DNA of 64,000 bases from NCBI GenBank assembly GCA_043228905.1, contig JBHGNT010000001.1, forward strand, positions 8,804,001 through 8,868,000, read 5' to 3'. Each line of letters opens with the position of its first letter. Position 1 is the first letter of the stretch. Below the pieces are notes generated by a model. The model was not told the DNA's origin, did no database searches, and saw only the letters and a list, made by a program, of their open reading frames with translations. Below, one piece after another: positions 9,695 to 22,200 of this stretch. The stretch is from Azolla caroliniana (Eukaryota > Plantae > Polypodiophyta). The position numbers were made by a program, and so were the translations under genes.

Positions 9695-12600
9695 AACGAC
9701 CTAGAAACTGTCATACGCAGGTATTCAAACACCAATCGAATGCTTCTTGATCTTCCGCATAGACGACCTCGTCTCCAACATCTGGTATCAGAGCCTGCAC
9801 AGTAGTCGGTCCTTCAATCTGCTGTCGGCCGTCGTCTCAGCCTGCACAGCATTCGGTTTCCTGCGTCATTCGAAGAAGAGAGAAGAAGAAGAGAAACGAG
9901 GCTTGCATCTCATCGCGTTAGATCATCTTCGCTTGGAGTAAGCCAGCAGGTTGTACTCTGTCCCTTGTGATCGTAACCGCTCGAGGTGAAATCCCCTTGT
10001 GCAACATTGACACGATCGTGCTCCACCCGGTTAAACGGCATCCGAAGAGGTAATCAAACGCCGCTCATTGTAACCACTCGGTGCAGATCGGTCTTAAGAC
10101 AACAACCCCAAATTCGTGCTTCATCTGGCTGATCGACATTCGGGAGGATCAGTTGGATCCGTCTCTCTCGTTGCTGCAGTCAACCGAAGCAGAATCGGTC
10201 CAGATAATCGGTTTCAATAATCGGTATTCGGCATATATATCCGAAACGAACCGGGCTCACTCCGACTCGGCAACATTCGGGAAGACCAGTCGGTTCTGTC
10301 CCTCAAGCTACCGGAGTCAATTCGAGCAAGTTCCGAAGCCGAACCGACTCGGGTTCAAATCCGACTAGAACGATATCGGGTGAGCCAACCGGCTGCACTC
10401 CAACAAGGTTCGTAGTCAACTCCGAACCGAGCTCCGTCAACCGAAACCAAATTTGATGGCATCAACATCCGGCTCGTCAGAAATGAGTCTACGCAAGTTC
10501 GATGGATCGAACTTCAACTTCTGGAAGGAACAAATGCAGGACTATCTCATAGTCAAGGGGCAAATCGATCCCATCGAAAATGAAGAACCTCCAGAAGGAT
10601 ACAAACCAATTGAGTGGCAGAAGCTGGACAGAATCGTCCGCACCACGATTCGGATGCACCTATCGGAATCGGTATACTTTACGGTGCAATCGTGTACGAC
10701 AGCATTCGAACTGTGGAAAACACTGTCGGACACTTACGAAAAGAAGGTCGCCGCAACAAAGATGTTTCTGATCCGGCGCCTCTACAACTTGCGGATGAAA
10801 GAATCCGACTCGGTTCAAGCACACCTCAATGAGTACGAAAGCATAAGCTCCCAAATCTCGTCACAGGGGACGGCAATCGAGGATGAACTCAGAGCAATGA
10901 TACTCATGAGTAGCCTTCCCTCATCATGGGAAACTTTCGTCACAACCGTGTGCAACGCGTCAACCACGGCTGTTAAATACTCCGAAGTCACGAGCGCAAT
11001 CCTGACCGAAGCAGCTCGGAGAAAGTCTTTCGCCAAAGACTCAACAGACGACGCTTATGTAGTACAAGGTTCGACAGACCGATCGAACATACGAGGAAGA
11101 GATTCCTCACGGCCGCCGAACAATCCGCGAAGACGGAGCCAGTCACGGGATAACCGAATCTGCAACTATTGCAAGAAACCCGGACACATCAAAGCCGACT
11201 GCCGCGCACTCAAGAACAAGAACAACAAGAAGAGTGGCCGGCATGAGGAGATCAATTACGTCAGCTTCTCAGCTGATGTGCTACCAGACGACCCGAATAT
11301 ACTATCAATCGAAAATCCAGTCGGATCAGAAGTCCTACTCACGACTGAAGAGTCGAGCACATGGCTCTTAGATTCGGGCGCGTCATTTCACGTGACTCCT
11401 CATCGATCCCAATTTCGGCAATATACGATCCGTCACTCCGACTCAGTTCGAGTCGGCAACTCACAACACTGTGACATCATCGGAATCGGCACAGTAGAGC
11501 TCAACCTTGCAGGTGGCTCTACACTTGTACTCCACAATGTCCGACATGTACCCGAGCTCTCAAGGCCATTGATCTCAGTCGGACAACTAGATGAAGACGG
11601 CATTCGTGCCGGTTTTTCTTCGGGAGGGTGGACACTCCACAGGGGGAACCTCCTGCTTGCTAGAGGACCCAAGATACACTCACTATATCCGTTACATGTT
11701 ACGCTCAGAGAGGGTAACCTGTTTTTGGTGGATATTCCTGTGTCATCACTATGGCACAGAAGATTAGGACACCTCAGCAAGGCCGGCATTACGCATCTAT
11801 CTAGAGCCGGATACATCCCTAAACTATCCTTCTCCGACCATCAATTCTGCGAGCATTGCCAGTATGGCAAACAAGCAGCCGCATCACACCCGACATCAGC
11901 ACCAAGAGAAACGAGACCTCTCGATTTGGTCCATTCGGACGTCTGTGGCCCAATGCCGCATCAGTCTCTAGGCGGTGCCTCTTACTTCGTCACTTTTATT
12001 GACGATTCGACTCGCAAGGTGTGGGCTTATCCGATTCGCACCAAAGATCGGGTCTTCTCGATCTTCTCAGATTGGCTCGCTATGGTAGAAAATCAAACCG
12101 ACCGAAAACTGAAATGCTTTCGGACCGACAATGGGGGAGAGTTCAAATCCGAAGAATTCGTCAAATTCTGCCGACAACGCGGCATCCGACGTGAGTTTAC
12201 GGCACCACACAGTCCGGAGCAAAACGGGATTGCAGAGCGAATGAATCAGACAATCCAAGAACGGATAGTTTCCATGCTCCAACACTCCGGACTGTCGGAT
12301 GGCTTCTGGGCAGAGGCTCTACTCACGGCAGTACACATAATCAATATGTCGCCAAGTAGACCTCTAGGACTTCAAATTCCTCAGGAACTATGGATCGGCA
12401 GTAAGCCGAATTACGACAAGCTGAGGATCTTCGGATGCGAGGCGTACGCCCTTATTCCGAAAGATGATCGCCGAAAACTTGCACCTCGGTCCAGGAAATG
12501 CATTTTCCTCGGATATGGATCCGACGGCGAAATGGGATACCGACTCTGGGATCCCGAACGCAGACAAATCGTCCGAAGTTCGGACGTTGTGTTCAACGAG

Positions 12601-14833
12601 TCGGCTATGAATCCATCAGTCGAAAAACCGATCGAAGTCCGAAGGGTAACATTTTCCGATGTGCCGACCCTTCAAGAAGGCCCCGCTCTCAACACACGGT
12701 CAGCTTCACGGGTAGCTGAACCTTACACTACCGACTCGGACAACTCCGACTCGGCACAGCAGAACAATCCGCTTTCGGACCATCCGACCTCGATACCCGA
12801 TGCGACCAGTCCAATCATACCTCGACGATCCGAGAGACTGTCGCAACCTCCGGAGAGGTATTCTCCTGGAATTTTCTTCACCGACGCCGGCGAACCGACG
12901 TCTTACGAAGAAGCATCGACATCTGTCGATTCCGCCACCTGGCATCTGGCGATGGAGTCGGAAATGCACTCCATTCGGGCAAACAAGACTTGGGATCTGG
13001 TCGAATTACCTAGGAACCGACGTGCTCTTCCTTGCAAGTGGGTCTATCGACTAAAAGAGACGTCTGATTCGACCACCCCAAAGTACAAGGCCAGATTAGT
13101 TGCGAAGGGCTTCCGACAAGAATATGGCGTCGACTTCGACGAGATTTTTTCACCAGTGGTGAAAATGACAACCCTTCGTTTTCTACTCGGCGTAGTGGCA
13201 GCCGACAACCTGGAGCTGATTCAGCTAGATGTCAAAACAGCATTCCTCCATGGTGATCTTGAAGAGGAAATTTATATGGAGCAGCCAAAAGGCTTCGTTG
13301 CTACTGGCCAAGAACATCTAGTCTGCCGACTCAGGAAGAGTCTATACGGCCTCAAACAGGCACCACGACAATGGTACAAGAAGTTCGACGACTTCATCCA
13401 ATCGATCGGCTTCTCAAAAAGCGATGAGGACCATTGTCTCTTCACCAACACAGCTCAAGATGGATCACCCATCTTCCTCATCATTTACGTGGACGACATG
13501 CTAATCTCTGGACGCCACGCGGGCGAACTTGCCGATCTCATTCGGCAACTGCGGTTGAAGTTTGCCATGAAGGACCTCGGTCCGGCACGACACATACTCG
13601 GCATAAAGATTAGTCGGCATCGCGATAAACGACATCTTTTTTTGTCTCAGACCGACTATATCCGACGTGTCTTGGAACGCTTCAACATGCAATCAGCCAA
13701 ATCTGCTTCAACCCCGCTCCCAATGAATCTTCGGCTCTCTCAGCGAGACTGCCCGACATCCGGCCCGGAGGGGGAAGATATGAAGTCGGTACCGTATGCA
13801 CCGGCAGTCGGCTCCCTTATGTACCTGATGGTCGCGACACGGCCTGATATTTCTCACGCCGTAGGAGTCGTTAGCAGATTTATGCACAATCCTGGCCGAT
13901 CGCATTGGAACGCAGTCAAGCATGTGTTCAGATATCTGGCTGGCACAAAAGACCATGGCATTCTTTTCGGTCCGAACCGAACCTCAGGCGTAGTCGGTTA
14001 CACCGACTCGGACTTCGCCGGCTGTATAGACAGTCGGAAATCAACAACCGGATACTGCTTCAAATTCGGCAATGGAGCAATTTCGTGGAAGTCGAAACTT
14101 CAGGAGTGCACAGCGACCTCAACGACCGAAGCAGAATATGTAGCTGCGTCCGACGCAGCAAAAGAAGCCTTATGGCTCGGTCGGCTGGCGCACACGTTTC
14201 GGCAAGTCGATCATGACTCGGCCCCAGTTGTCTATAGCGACAGTCAAGGTGTTGTTGCCTTGTCGAAAAATCCGGTTCACCACAACGCCTCCAAACATAT
14301 CGACGTTCGATATCACTTCGTTCGGGACTGCGTCATCTCAGGGAAAATCGGTCTAGAGAAAATATCCACAACCGACAATGTCGCAGATGGAATGACCAAG
14401 TGTCTTTCGGCAGACCGCTTTCGGTCTCTTCGGCATCAGATGGGCGTAACGACAAACCAGTCCGGTTAGAGCCGGACACAGCGCAGGATGGTTTTCGACA
14501 ACCGACATCAGTTCCTTAATGATCGGCTTCAACTCTTCCGACCCGACCAGTTCGGTCTTCTGCCTTTGGACCCTGCCGACTCGAACAAAAACTGATATGT
14601 CCGAGAACCTAAGTTTATACCTGTAATCTTAGATAACCCATGTATACGCCCATTACGGGGGAGTGTCGAATACAAGTGTATAATGGACGTACTCACACTA
14701 TCCCTTCGGGCCATTTGTGTAATTAGCATAAATGGTAGTTGCCCTAAGTCGGTCACTATATATAGTGACCTTGTAACCTTCTTGTAAGGTTGGGTGTTGT
14801 ATTATTGTTTCTATTGAATAGAAAGTCTTTTGT

Positions 14834-14867
<34 letters not shown>

Positions 14868-14953
14868 AACGACCTAGAAACTGTCATACGCAGGTATTCA
14901 AACACCAATCGAATGCTTCTTGATCTTCCGCATAGACGACCTCGTCTCCAACA
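9511..14953 (+). mobile_element. Young full-length Ty1/copia element (copia-1)
   Basis: 5' LTR 9511-9780 (first 20 bp missing) and 3' LTR 14664-14953 look identical over 270 bp. PBS TGGTATCAGAGCC (tRNA-iMet) 9783-9795; PPT ACGGGGGAG before 14664. Confidence 0.97.
10456..14469 (+). CDS. Copia gag-pol polyprotein (1337 aa from the first ATG)
   Basis: Uninterrupted ORF: CNYCKKPGHIKADC knuckle, LDSGAS protease, WHRRLGH/CEHC, integrase D-D-E (HSDVC, TDNGGEF, AERMN), RT YVDD, RNase H TEAEY/ADGMTK. Confidence 0.96.
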   Translation: MASTSGSSEMSLRKFDGSNFNFWKEQMQDYLIVKGQIDPIENEEPPEGYKPIEWQKLDRIVRTTIRMHLSESVYFTVQSCTTAFELWKTLSDTYEKKVAATKMFLIRRLYNLRMKESDSVQAHLNEYESISSQISSQGTAIEDELRAMILMSSLPSSWETFVTTVCNASTTAVKYSEVTSAILTEAARRKSFAKDSTDDAYVVQGSTDRSNIRGRDSSRPPNNPRRRSQSRDNRICNYCKKPGHIKADCRALKNKNNKKSGRHEEINYVSFSADVLPDDPNILSIENPVGSEVLLTTEESSTWLLDSGASFHVTPHRSQFRQYTIRHSDSVRVGNSQHCDIIGIGTVELNLAGGSTLVLHNVRHVPELSRPLISVGQLDEDGIRAGFSSGGWTLHRGNLLLARGPKIHSLYPLHVTLREGNLFLVDIPVSSLWHRRLGHLSKAGITHLSRAGYIPKLSFSDHQFCEHCQYGKQAAASHPTSAPRETRPLDLVHSDVCGPMPHQSLGGASYFVTFIDDSTRKVWAYPIRTKDRVFSIFSDWLAMVENQTDRKLKCFRTDNGGEFKSEEFVKFCRQRGIRREFTAPHSPEQNGIAERMNQTIQERIVSMLQHSGLSDGFWAEALLTAVHIINMSPSRPLGLQIPQELWIGSKPNYDKLRIFGCEAYALIPKDDRRKLAPRSRKCIFLGYGSDGEMGYRLWDPERRQIVRSSDVVFNESAMNPSVEKPIEVRRVTFSDVPTLQEGPALNTRSASRVAEPYTTDSDNSDSAQQNNPLSDHPTSIPDATSPIIPRRSERLSQPPERYSPGIFFTDAGEPTSYEEASTSVDSATWHLAMESEMHSIRANKTWDLVELPRNRRALPCKWVYRLKETSDSTTPKYKARLVAKGFRQEYGVDFDEIFSPVVKMTTLRFLLGVVAADNLELIQLDVKTAFLHGDLEEEIYMEQPKGFVATGQEHLVCRLRKSLYGLKQAPRQWYKKFDDFIQSIGFSKSDEDHCLFTNTAQDGSPIFLIIYVDDMLISGRHAGELADLIRQLRLKFAMKDLGPARHILGIKISRHRDKRHLFLSQTDYIRRVLERFNMQSAKSASTPLPMNLRLSQRDCPTSGPEGEDMKSVPYAPAVGSLMYLMVATRPDISHAVGVVSRFMHNPGRSHWNAVKHVFRYLAGTKDHGILFGPNRTSGVVGYTDSDFAGCIDSRKSTTGYCFKFGNGAISWKSKLQECTATSTTEAEYVAASDAAKEALWLGRLAHTFRQVDHDSAPVVYSDSQGVVALSKNPVHHNASKHIDVRYHFVRDCVISGKIGLEKISTTDNVADGMTKCLSADRFRSLRHQMGVTTNQSG

Positions 14954-15579
14954 CACCCGACGTACCCACCAACCAATCACTTCAAGTGGATGGTCGGGTT
15001 AGTGACAATGCCGATGGGGGTAGGGAAAATGTGGTACTTGGTGCTTGCAAGAGAGGACCTAACGAACCAGGTGGAGGGCCGATCATTGCCGAACAAGACA
15101 ACTACATCCGTGTGCCGATTTTTTATTGAAGACATGATTTGCCGGTATGGGTGCGTTGAGAAGATCGTGGTCATCTAAGGAGAGTTGGACGCATGACAAG
15201 CCGAGGAGCTATTCGACTGACTAGGGGTCAAGCTTTCCCTCACGTCAACATACAATCCGGAAGTGAATGGGAAGGTCGAACGAGGGCATGGGCTGATCGT
15301 CAAAGCAATAGTGCAGGCATGCGATAAACGAGTCCGAAATTGTCTGAGGCTTCTTCTGTATGTGTTGTGGGCCAATCAGACTACGCACAGTTCAGTGACC
15401 GGGTACATGTTGGTCGAGCTCATGTTCGGACAAAAGCTGATCAGGTCAGTGGAGAGGACGATAGCCTCGTGGATACCGGTCAAGTGGGCGGAGGAGATGA
15501 GCTGGGAGGAATTGTTAGTTGCACGGATTCGACAACTCGAGCAGAGGCCAGAGGATGTGGAACAAGTGAGGGTGAGCTG

Positions 15580-15907
15580 AGTTCGGGAAGAAGGTGGAGT
15601 CCTCTATTCATGTAGGAAGGCCGTGTGCTCCCGATCAGAGGCCACCATTCTCTGTGTGTGCGCGTGTGTAGGGCTCGAAGCTCCGTCATCGCCCGTGTCT
15701 GGTTGTAATCTTGCCTACTTTTCCTCTGTTAATCCTTATTTTGCCGATTTTATCCTTGTGTTCAAGTGTTCCCTCATTCTCGTAGTTCATCTCCGGTTTG
15801 TTGTGCCTAAGCCCATGTGCTCGTCCGTTGAGCTCGGGCTACTAATTCAGAGCAGTATACGTCTTTGAATAAGTCTTGTGCTTTAGATTAAGGTGTTACT
15901 TGTGACT
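15580..15907 (+). mobile_element. LTR fragment directly after the truncated gypsy integrase
   Basis: Contains GCCGTGTGCTCCCGAT (15620-15635), shared with the solo LTRs at 1132-2367 and 49980-50841. Ends near TTGTGAC, possibly a deaminated CCGCGAC. Confidence 0.5.
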
Positions 15908-18900
15908 TAAGAATGGGTCTAATATTGCTTTGTTGTAGAAAACTCGACCTAAGTTTAGCTTGAAATCGTGCACACTACTAATTTTCCCGATCCCAAAATG
16001 GGTTTTCAACATTGACGTCATCGGATTTTCATAATAATACAAAGAGTGAAAATGGTAGCATTGCCTTTTTAAAAGCAATGCTCATAGAACACTAGAAAAT
16101 GATATATGATGATGATCACTAGTAAAATAAAAAACATTAACACAACCCACAGAATCCCAACAAAGTTAGTTGGGAATAACCTCAATTTTTCTGCCATAAA
16201 TTATATGCATTTTGCAAATGATCAGTGCCAAAGGGGAATATCGTTGGAACCCACTACCTTATCATCCCCTTTTTGTATCTTGAAGTACATTACACATCAA
16301 TTTTCTTTATCTACCTTAATTTTAAAGAACAAAATGACTAACTACTTCACATTATCCTGAAATAAGAATGAAATGATTACTCTTCATACTCTAGAGATGA
16401 CTCGACATAAACAAAACAAGGTGAATATATTGAATAGTTTTTTTTGTTCTACCTTACTTGCCTTGCTTGCTTGACTAGTTGAAACTTAAAACTAAGGTAT
16501 TTGTTTGGAGATTGTTAAGCCTTCAATCAATTAGCTAGTTTACATTTTCTCCATGATTTCTTTCATTCCACCAATATGGTATTTATAAGATCACACCCTC
16601 CTTCACTAGATACTTATGATGTTGTCAATCTTGAGTTATATTTCCAGTTTTGTTTTCAATAACATTTGTTTTCCTCCAATTAAGTAACGATAGATACATC
16701 GATCCAAGAAGGATTAATCATGCACAACATCCAAAGTTGTCATTTTCACTCATTGTATTGTGAAAACAAATGTCAATATCAATGTTGACATTTTGATCAC
16801 GAAAGTTTTAGTATGCACACTCCCAAACGAACATTACGTAGATATTTTATAATGAACAGAACATTGAAACCATTGCCCAACACTTGAACAACCCACAAGC
16901 GTAATGTTGCAAAGAACATAGATTTGAAATTGTATAATATATGTATGCAATATAGTGTTCATTTTTTGTATTATTGATTTTGATTTGTTAATAGTTTGCG
17001 ACTAATGGTAACACCTCCAAATTGTGCATAAGATGTACAATTTTTCTTTACCATGCATATTATTTATGTTCAATGAGACTTCAATGCAACATCTCCTAGA
17101 AAGGTCATGTGTTTTAGGCATATCGATTTGGCCTTCAACATAATAAAGATTCTAATTGATGGGATTATTCTACACATGCAATTAGAAGGCCCATGATTAC
17201 CAACTAAGTGCAAGCATGTGTGGTATATATACAAAACATGGTTACACATCATAGGCATGTGGATAGAAGTATGCATGCTAGACTATCAATAGTTCTAGAT
17301 GATTGAACATAATTAATTCCACCTAATGCTTCTCTTTTGCAGTGACAATATCAAAAAAAGTGGGAACACCTTAGCATTCATTCGCAAACAATCAAAAAAC
17401 TTGTGAAGCGCTTGTTGTTTAAAATAAGAAAGAGTAAAAATTACTCAAACCAAAGTATTAAAATACCAATGGCAATGATAACTTCATACCAACTCCAAGA
17501 AACATACAAAACACATGCCAACAAGATTTCACATTAATGAATGAGAATGTAAATCTATGGATTATGCCAACTGATCGCAACTCAATATACTTGACTCAGA
17601 ATATCAAAACAAAACCTTATATCATTTCCTAATGAAAATTCTATCATTCTTGCAATTATGAGTCTCAAATTCATATTCGCTAATTTCGTGTTATATAATA
17701 AATACATGAAATATAAATGGGTCTTACCTGCCTAATCCACCATAATTTATGAACTACTCACTAATTTTTCTTCATTTATTCATTGCATCTTTGTCTTTAT
17801 GAATTGTCCATGATTTGAATGTGACCCAAGTTTATAAGGACACCATGTGCTACTTAGTTGAACAACTAATGCATTGTAATTTCTTAAGGGATGAATCCAT
17901 TTAGTAGGATTTGTGATTAATGGGAAAACATTTAGGTGGGAGTGACCTCTTTTTTTCCAAAAAAAACTCCTTCCATTAGTTATAAATTTTTACAAATGAG
18001 AGTGTTATATACAAATCCCTGTAGAAACACGATAGTTCCATCTTATGTGGATGCCCACTAACCCAAGAAAGGGAGAGGACGACCATTGTTGGATGAAGGT
18101 TAATCGTTGTCTTTCAACTCCATCGGATACACCCGTGAGGTCATCGACAATCGTATTGGCTCTTTAGAGTGACTACGTCACCCATATCTCAAGCATTAAC
18201 ATTAATTGATGCACGGTTTGGTTGGAGAAGACTCGTCTATTGTTGTTTCCATAGAATTCAAAGAGTTATTGGGTTGACTAATTCCAACACAACTTGAGCT
18301 TTGGCACTAATAGGAGTTGAGTGGATATTGTCAATGATGGGGAAAAAATCTCTTGTACTTTTATCACCAAAGTCATCCCCTCCTCTTGACGTTCGTACCT
18401 ATCAACTGAGGCCTGCCATGGTAACCAATATACATTCCCCCACTTGATTGTGCCTTGCATAATTGCAATAGGCAGCCAACCCCCTACCATATTCGAAGTG
18501 ACCTTATTTGTATTTTGGTTGAGAGGCTAGAAAACAAATAAGGACGCATGCACCATGGTGTCCAAAAGAGCATGAATATTAAAAATGGCAAAAGAAATGT
18601 GATTATTTGAGGAGATCACTTTGCGTTCTTCTAGCATCTAAAACTACTTTCATCACCGTTGTAAACATAAGTATACACATGGTTTCACTACCCAACCATC
18701 CAAATAGAGCTCAAATACATGTATAAGCATAGTAATCATCTATACTTAAATTAATTGTTTACATTATAAAGAAATCGAACAATAAAGAAATGATAGAAAT
18801 AGGCCATGTTTGTCGACAACAAAATTACACAACCACACTTCATGAAGGAAGGATACATTCATTTTGCCCAGCTACCAGCATTCATCCAAATCACTATCTT

Positions 18901-19220
18901 TAAATTTATGTTTACAATACAAGGATATACATAGTTAGATGTTTATATTACCACTTTGAAAAAGGGTTTCCAACCAAAATCCGTTCCTTGCCCGTTGGTA
19001 AACAAATAATCTATCAATACGCTCCTTACAACTTTATTCCTAGAAAATAATCAGATTCACAACTGGTTATAAATTTTCAAGAATGCCAAAAACTGCGCAA
19101 TCCTCTCCACAAGTAAAACACCTCTCATTTGTACATGACTGAACAGACGAGTACTTGAAAATAATTGTGATCTTGGGAAGTTAGGAAAAAAATCTTCCTG
19201 AACAAATATGGTCTTCATCA

Positions 19221-22200
19221 TTACAAAACTTTATAGAACTTTGCAACTGCGATAGCTGCTCCACGAAACCAAGCTGATGCTGCCATTGCACCTGGATCAG
19301 GGATGGTTGACAGGACATCGGCTGAAATATAACTGGATCTGCCTGCCTAAAAGAGACAAAGGATACAGAAACATCCATGAAAAACACTAGGAATAGCATT
19401 AACCGACAATATACCCCATAGCTCCTAGAGAGATCATTTATTGAACAAAACTCTGAAAGACAACTGAATTTAATTTCCCCAATACTCCTGAGTTTTCTTG
19501 ATTTCCTCAAAACACCCAAGCGCTTTCTAATCCTACTACTCTCTTGATGGTTGACCAATAACGTTTGGGAAAATAGCTGAACGTTAGGTGGATTTGGAGA
19601 AATAAAGGAACACTGAAAGCATTTCCAAAATTTATTTGGTGAAATTTGCCCGGTGAGCCTTTTTGTCTTGTCTGATTTTTGCTGGAGCTTTGTCAAAGTT
19701 ATGTCTCAAAAAAAAAGGTTATGTCTCAAACCTCGCTTGATAAAGTTCAACAAAGAAACAGAACCTTCATCTCCAAGCAACTGATTGGGATAATTAAAAA
19801 CTAAGATAGTGGGAACACATAAGAAAACAGTTAATGGTGTAATGGTGACTAAATAACACATAATTACGAACAATGATTAAAACATGCTTGTGAAAAGCGA
19901 GTTTATAAATCTTGGATTATAGAAAATGTCTGTTTGCAATAGGCACCAGATGTAAATTTGACTTACTTGAGCCAGTAAATCTTTTGTTGATTCAGCAGCA
20001 GAACAAGCAACATCTGATGCAGAAAGAAATGCTCTTGGTGCATCCTCGCCAAATTCTAGTTTCTGGGTGGAAGGAACTTTGATTCACTAACCCTACTCAA
20101 ACCTCAATGAAAAAATACATTACATTAATGTTCATACTAACTTCTTTAAGGCACGTTGCAGCAGGTATTAAAGCATCTAATAATGTTCGATAACCGAGGG
20201 ATGCACCACCATATTTACTAACAGCAGAGATAGCTGCATGCAGAGCATCCGCCCCTAATTGAGAAACAATATTTCAGTGATATGCTAGAAGGAAATAAAG
20301 TTGTGAAACATAAAAGAGCAGAAGAATAAATAACAGTTCTTACAATTTTCTGCTGACACACTGGTCACAGAGTTCTCTTTCAACCATGCATATGCAGCCT
20401 TACAGAAAATGTCATATCTGAAATAAAGACATGTAAATTTCAACATCTACTTCATATTTTTCCATGAAAAACTCCTCATCCATCTATGATAATGACAATA
20501 AGCAATGAAATATTATTCACAATTATAATGATGATAAATAGTTCATAGTAAATCTATGAAGGACGTTAAATCTCGACCAGAAGTAGCCTGATCATTATCT
20601 TAACAATTTAAGATATTTTAGCATTACAGCCAACATGACTTCTAATTCTGTATTTAATGATGACTAATATTTCTATCATGACATGGAAAAAGGGACTGTA
20701 TAATAAACCAATATCCAGGAGTGTATAAATATGTAATGTCTCTATGAGACCACCCAAACAATATGCAAGAGTGCATGTACAGTGTGGTTGTCTTTGCTCA
20801 ATTTTCCATTTTATGAATCAAGTTTACAATTTCTGACTAAATAGATATGTTCAAAACAAGGAAACTAGCAGGGCCTGTTGTTTCCATCATTAAGCTTGTT
20901 AATGTTATTGCTGATAGTGCTAATTACAACACATTTTTGGCTGACATTTTTTACTTTGGAAATATCACTCTAAACTTAATTTTGGGAATTACAACAAATT
21001 TATGGAATGTATGAGCTTTCTATTTCAGAATCTTAGTACAGAATCTCAGAAAGAGGCATCCGCACAACAAATTCACTACCTTCAGCATTACATAGGTGAG
21101 AAAGTATCAAGCACTTAAGGATGTGCAGTCTTCAAAATGATGAGGACCAGAAAGAAATTTGTACACTGTATGCCTCTAAACTTTCTACGCTTTGCATTAG
21201 ACACTAAAAGAATTGCAGTCATACAGGAGCATTTCCTAGCAAGGAAAGAAACCATGAGGGAAGATCGGACAAGAACAAGCATAACATGGAAGAACGCATG
21301 TGCCCAAAGGAACAAAACAGCTAATAAAGACAGCCACATAATCATCTCAATCATAACATCGATAAACAGCCAGGGAGATGCACATCACATTATGGATCTA
21401 CAACTGACGATTATGGCTAAATCCCCTAAACCTATTGATACCTCACCTCCAAATTCCAACCTTGCTGAAAAAAAACAGAGACAGCAATTCTCTCATCAAT
21501 GATTGTGAACAGATTTGTTGCAATAATGGCTATCAGGACTTCATGAAGAAAAAGCCTTTCATACAACTTTGCAAAGAGCGTGATACCATGTAAAGAAATA
21601 TACTACAGGTTCCTTTCAATAAAACTTGTGTGGGGATACTACACTTAATTATTATATACAAAGTTTAAATCATTGCATCGAAAGTTTGCACTCAATGATC
21701 AAAAGTTTACACTACGATTATACATCAGCACAAAGTTCACATAATTCAAGAAATTATGCATCAAATTTTGGTGCATAGACCAAAAAGTGAGCAATATTCT
21801 TGGTTCATTATGTCTTCAAATTCATGACCTATACTGTAATATACTTTTTCCATAGATGAGAAAAATAAAACCCCATCATCAATAGAAAGAATGACATGTA
21901 CCAGAATAGCTTGGAAAGTTCTAATGCTAAACCTTCTCTCGTGAAATGATGCGAGTATTAATTCAGATGAAAGTGTGAACCACTTTTTGTATTGCCAAAT
22001 TTTTTTGGTTGAAATAGAGGAGGCATGGACAGTCATCACTACGGTTTTGTATCACAAAATTATTATCAGATCCTCTGGAAACATGTCAGAGCAACAATGT
22101 GCCCTTTCTTACATTTGGAGCACTGCCCTTTTCACCCTATAACCATACCCAATTTTGTCTCTATCCTTCTAAAACATCAGGCTTGTGTTATTTGAAATGC

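Larger units (their letters stand above)
3860..15575 (+). mobile_element. Decayed non-chromovirus Ty3/gypsy element (gag-PR-RT-RH-INT), interrupted by a solo LTR and a copia
   Basis: Zinc knuckle CMWCDVVGHIWREC (about 4670-4711), protease IDHGSEINLM (about 5528), RT YSNRWFTVPKKNG / DLYSGYDQF / FLDDIPIKG (6670-7050), RNase H VTVDTSP (about 8675), integrase HRG..CESC (about 9400-9500) resuming as HPTYPP..NGKVERGH (14954-15570). Many stops and frameshifts. Confidence 0.9.

Noticed and set aside
15910-18700. AT-rich stretch possibly containing decayed transposon coding remnants (likewise 36430-38150 and 57700-59200)
   Set aside because: No motif could be identified with confidence by eye; needs a translated homology search.
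21115-22039. Short ORFs in DAK intron 16 as a nested gene
   Set aside because: No recognisable domain or consistent splice structure.
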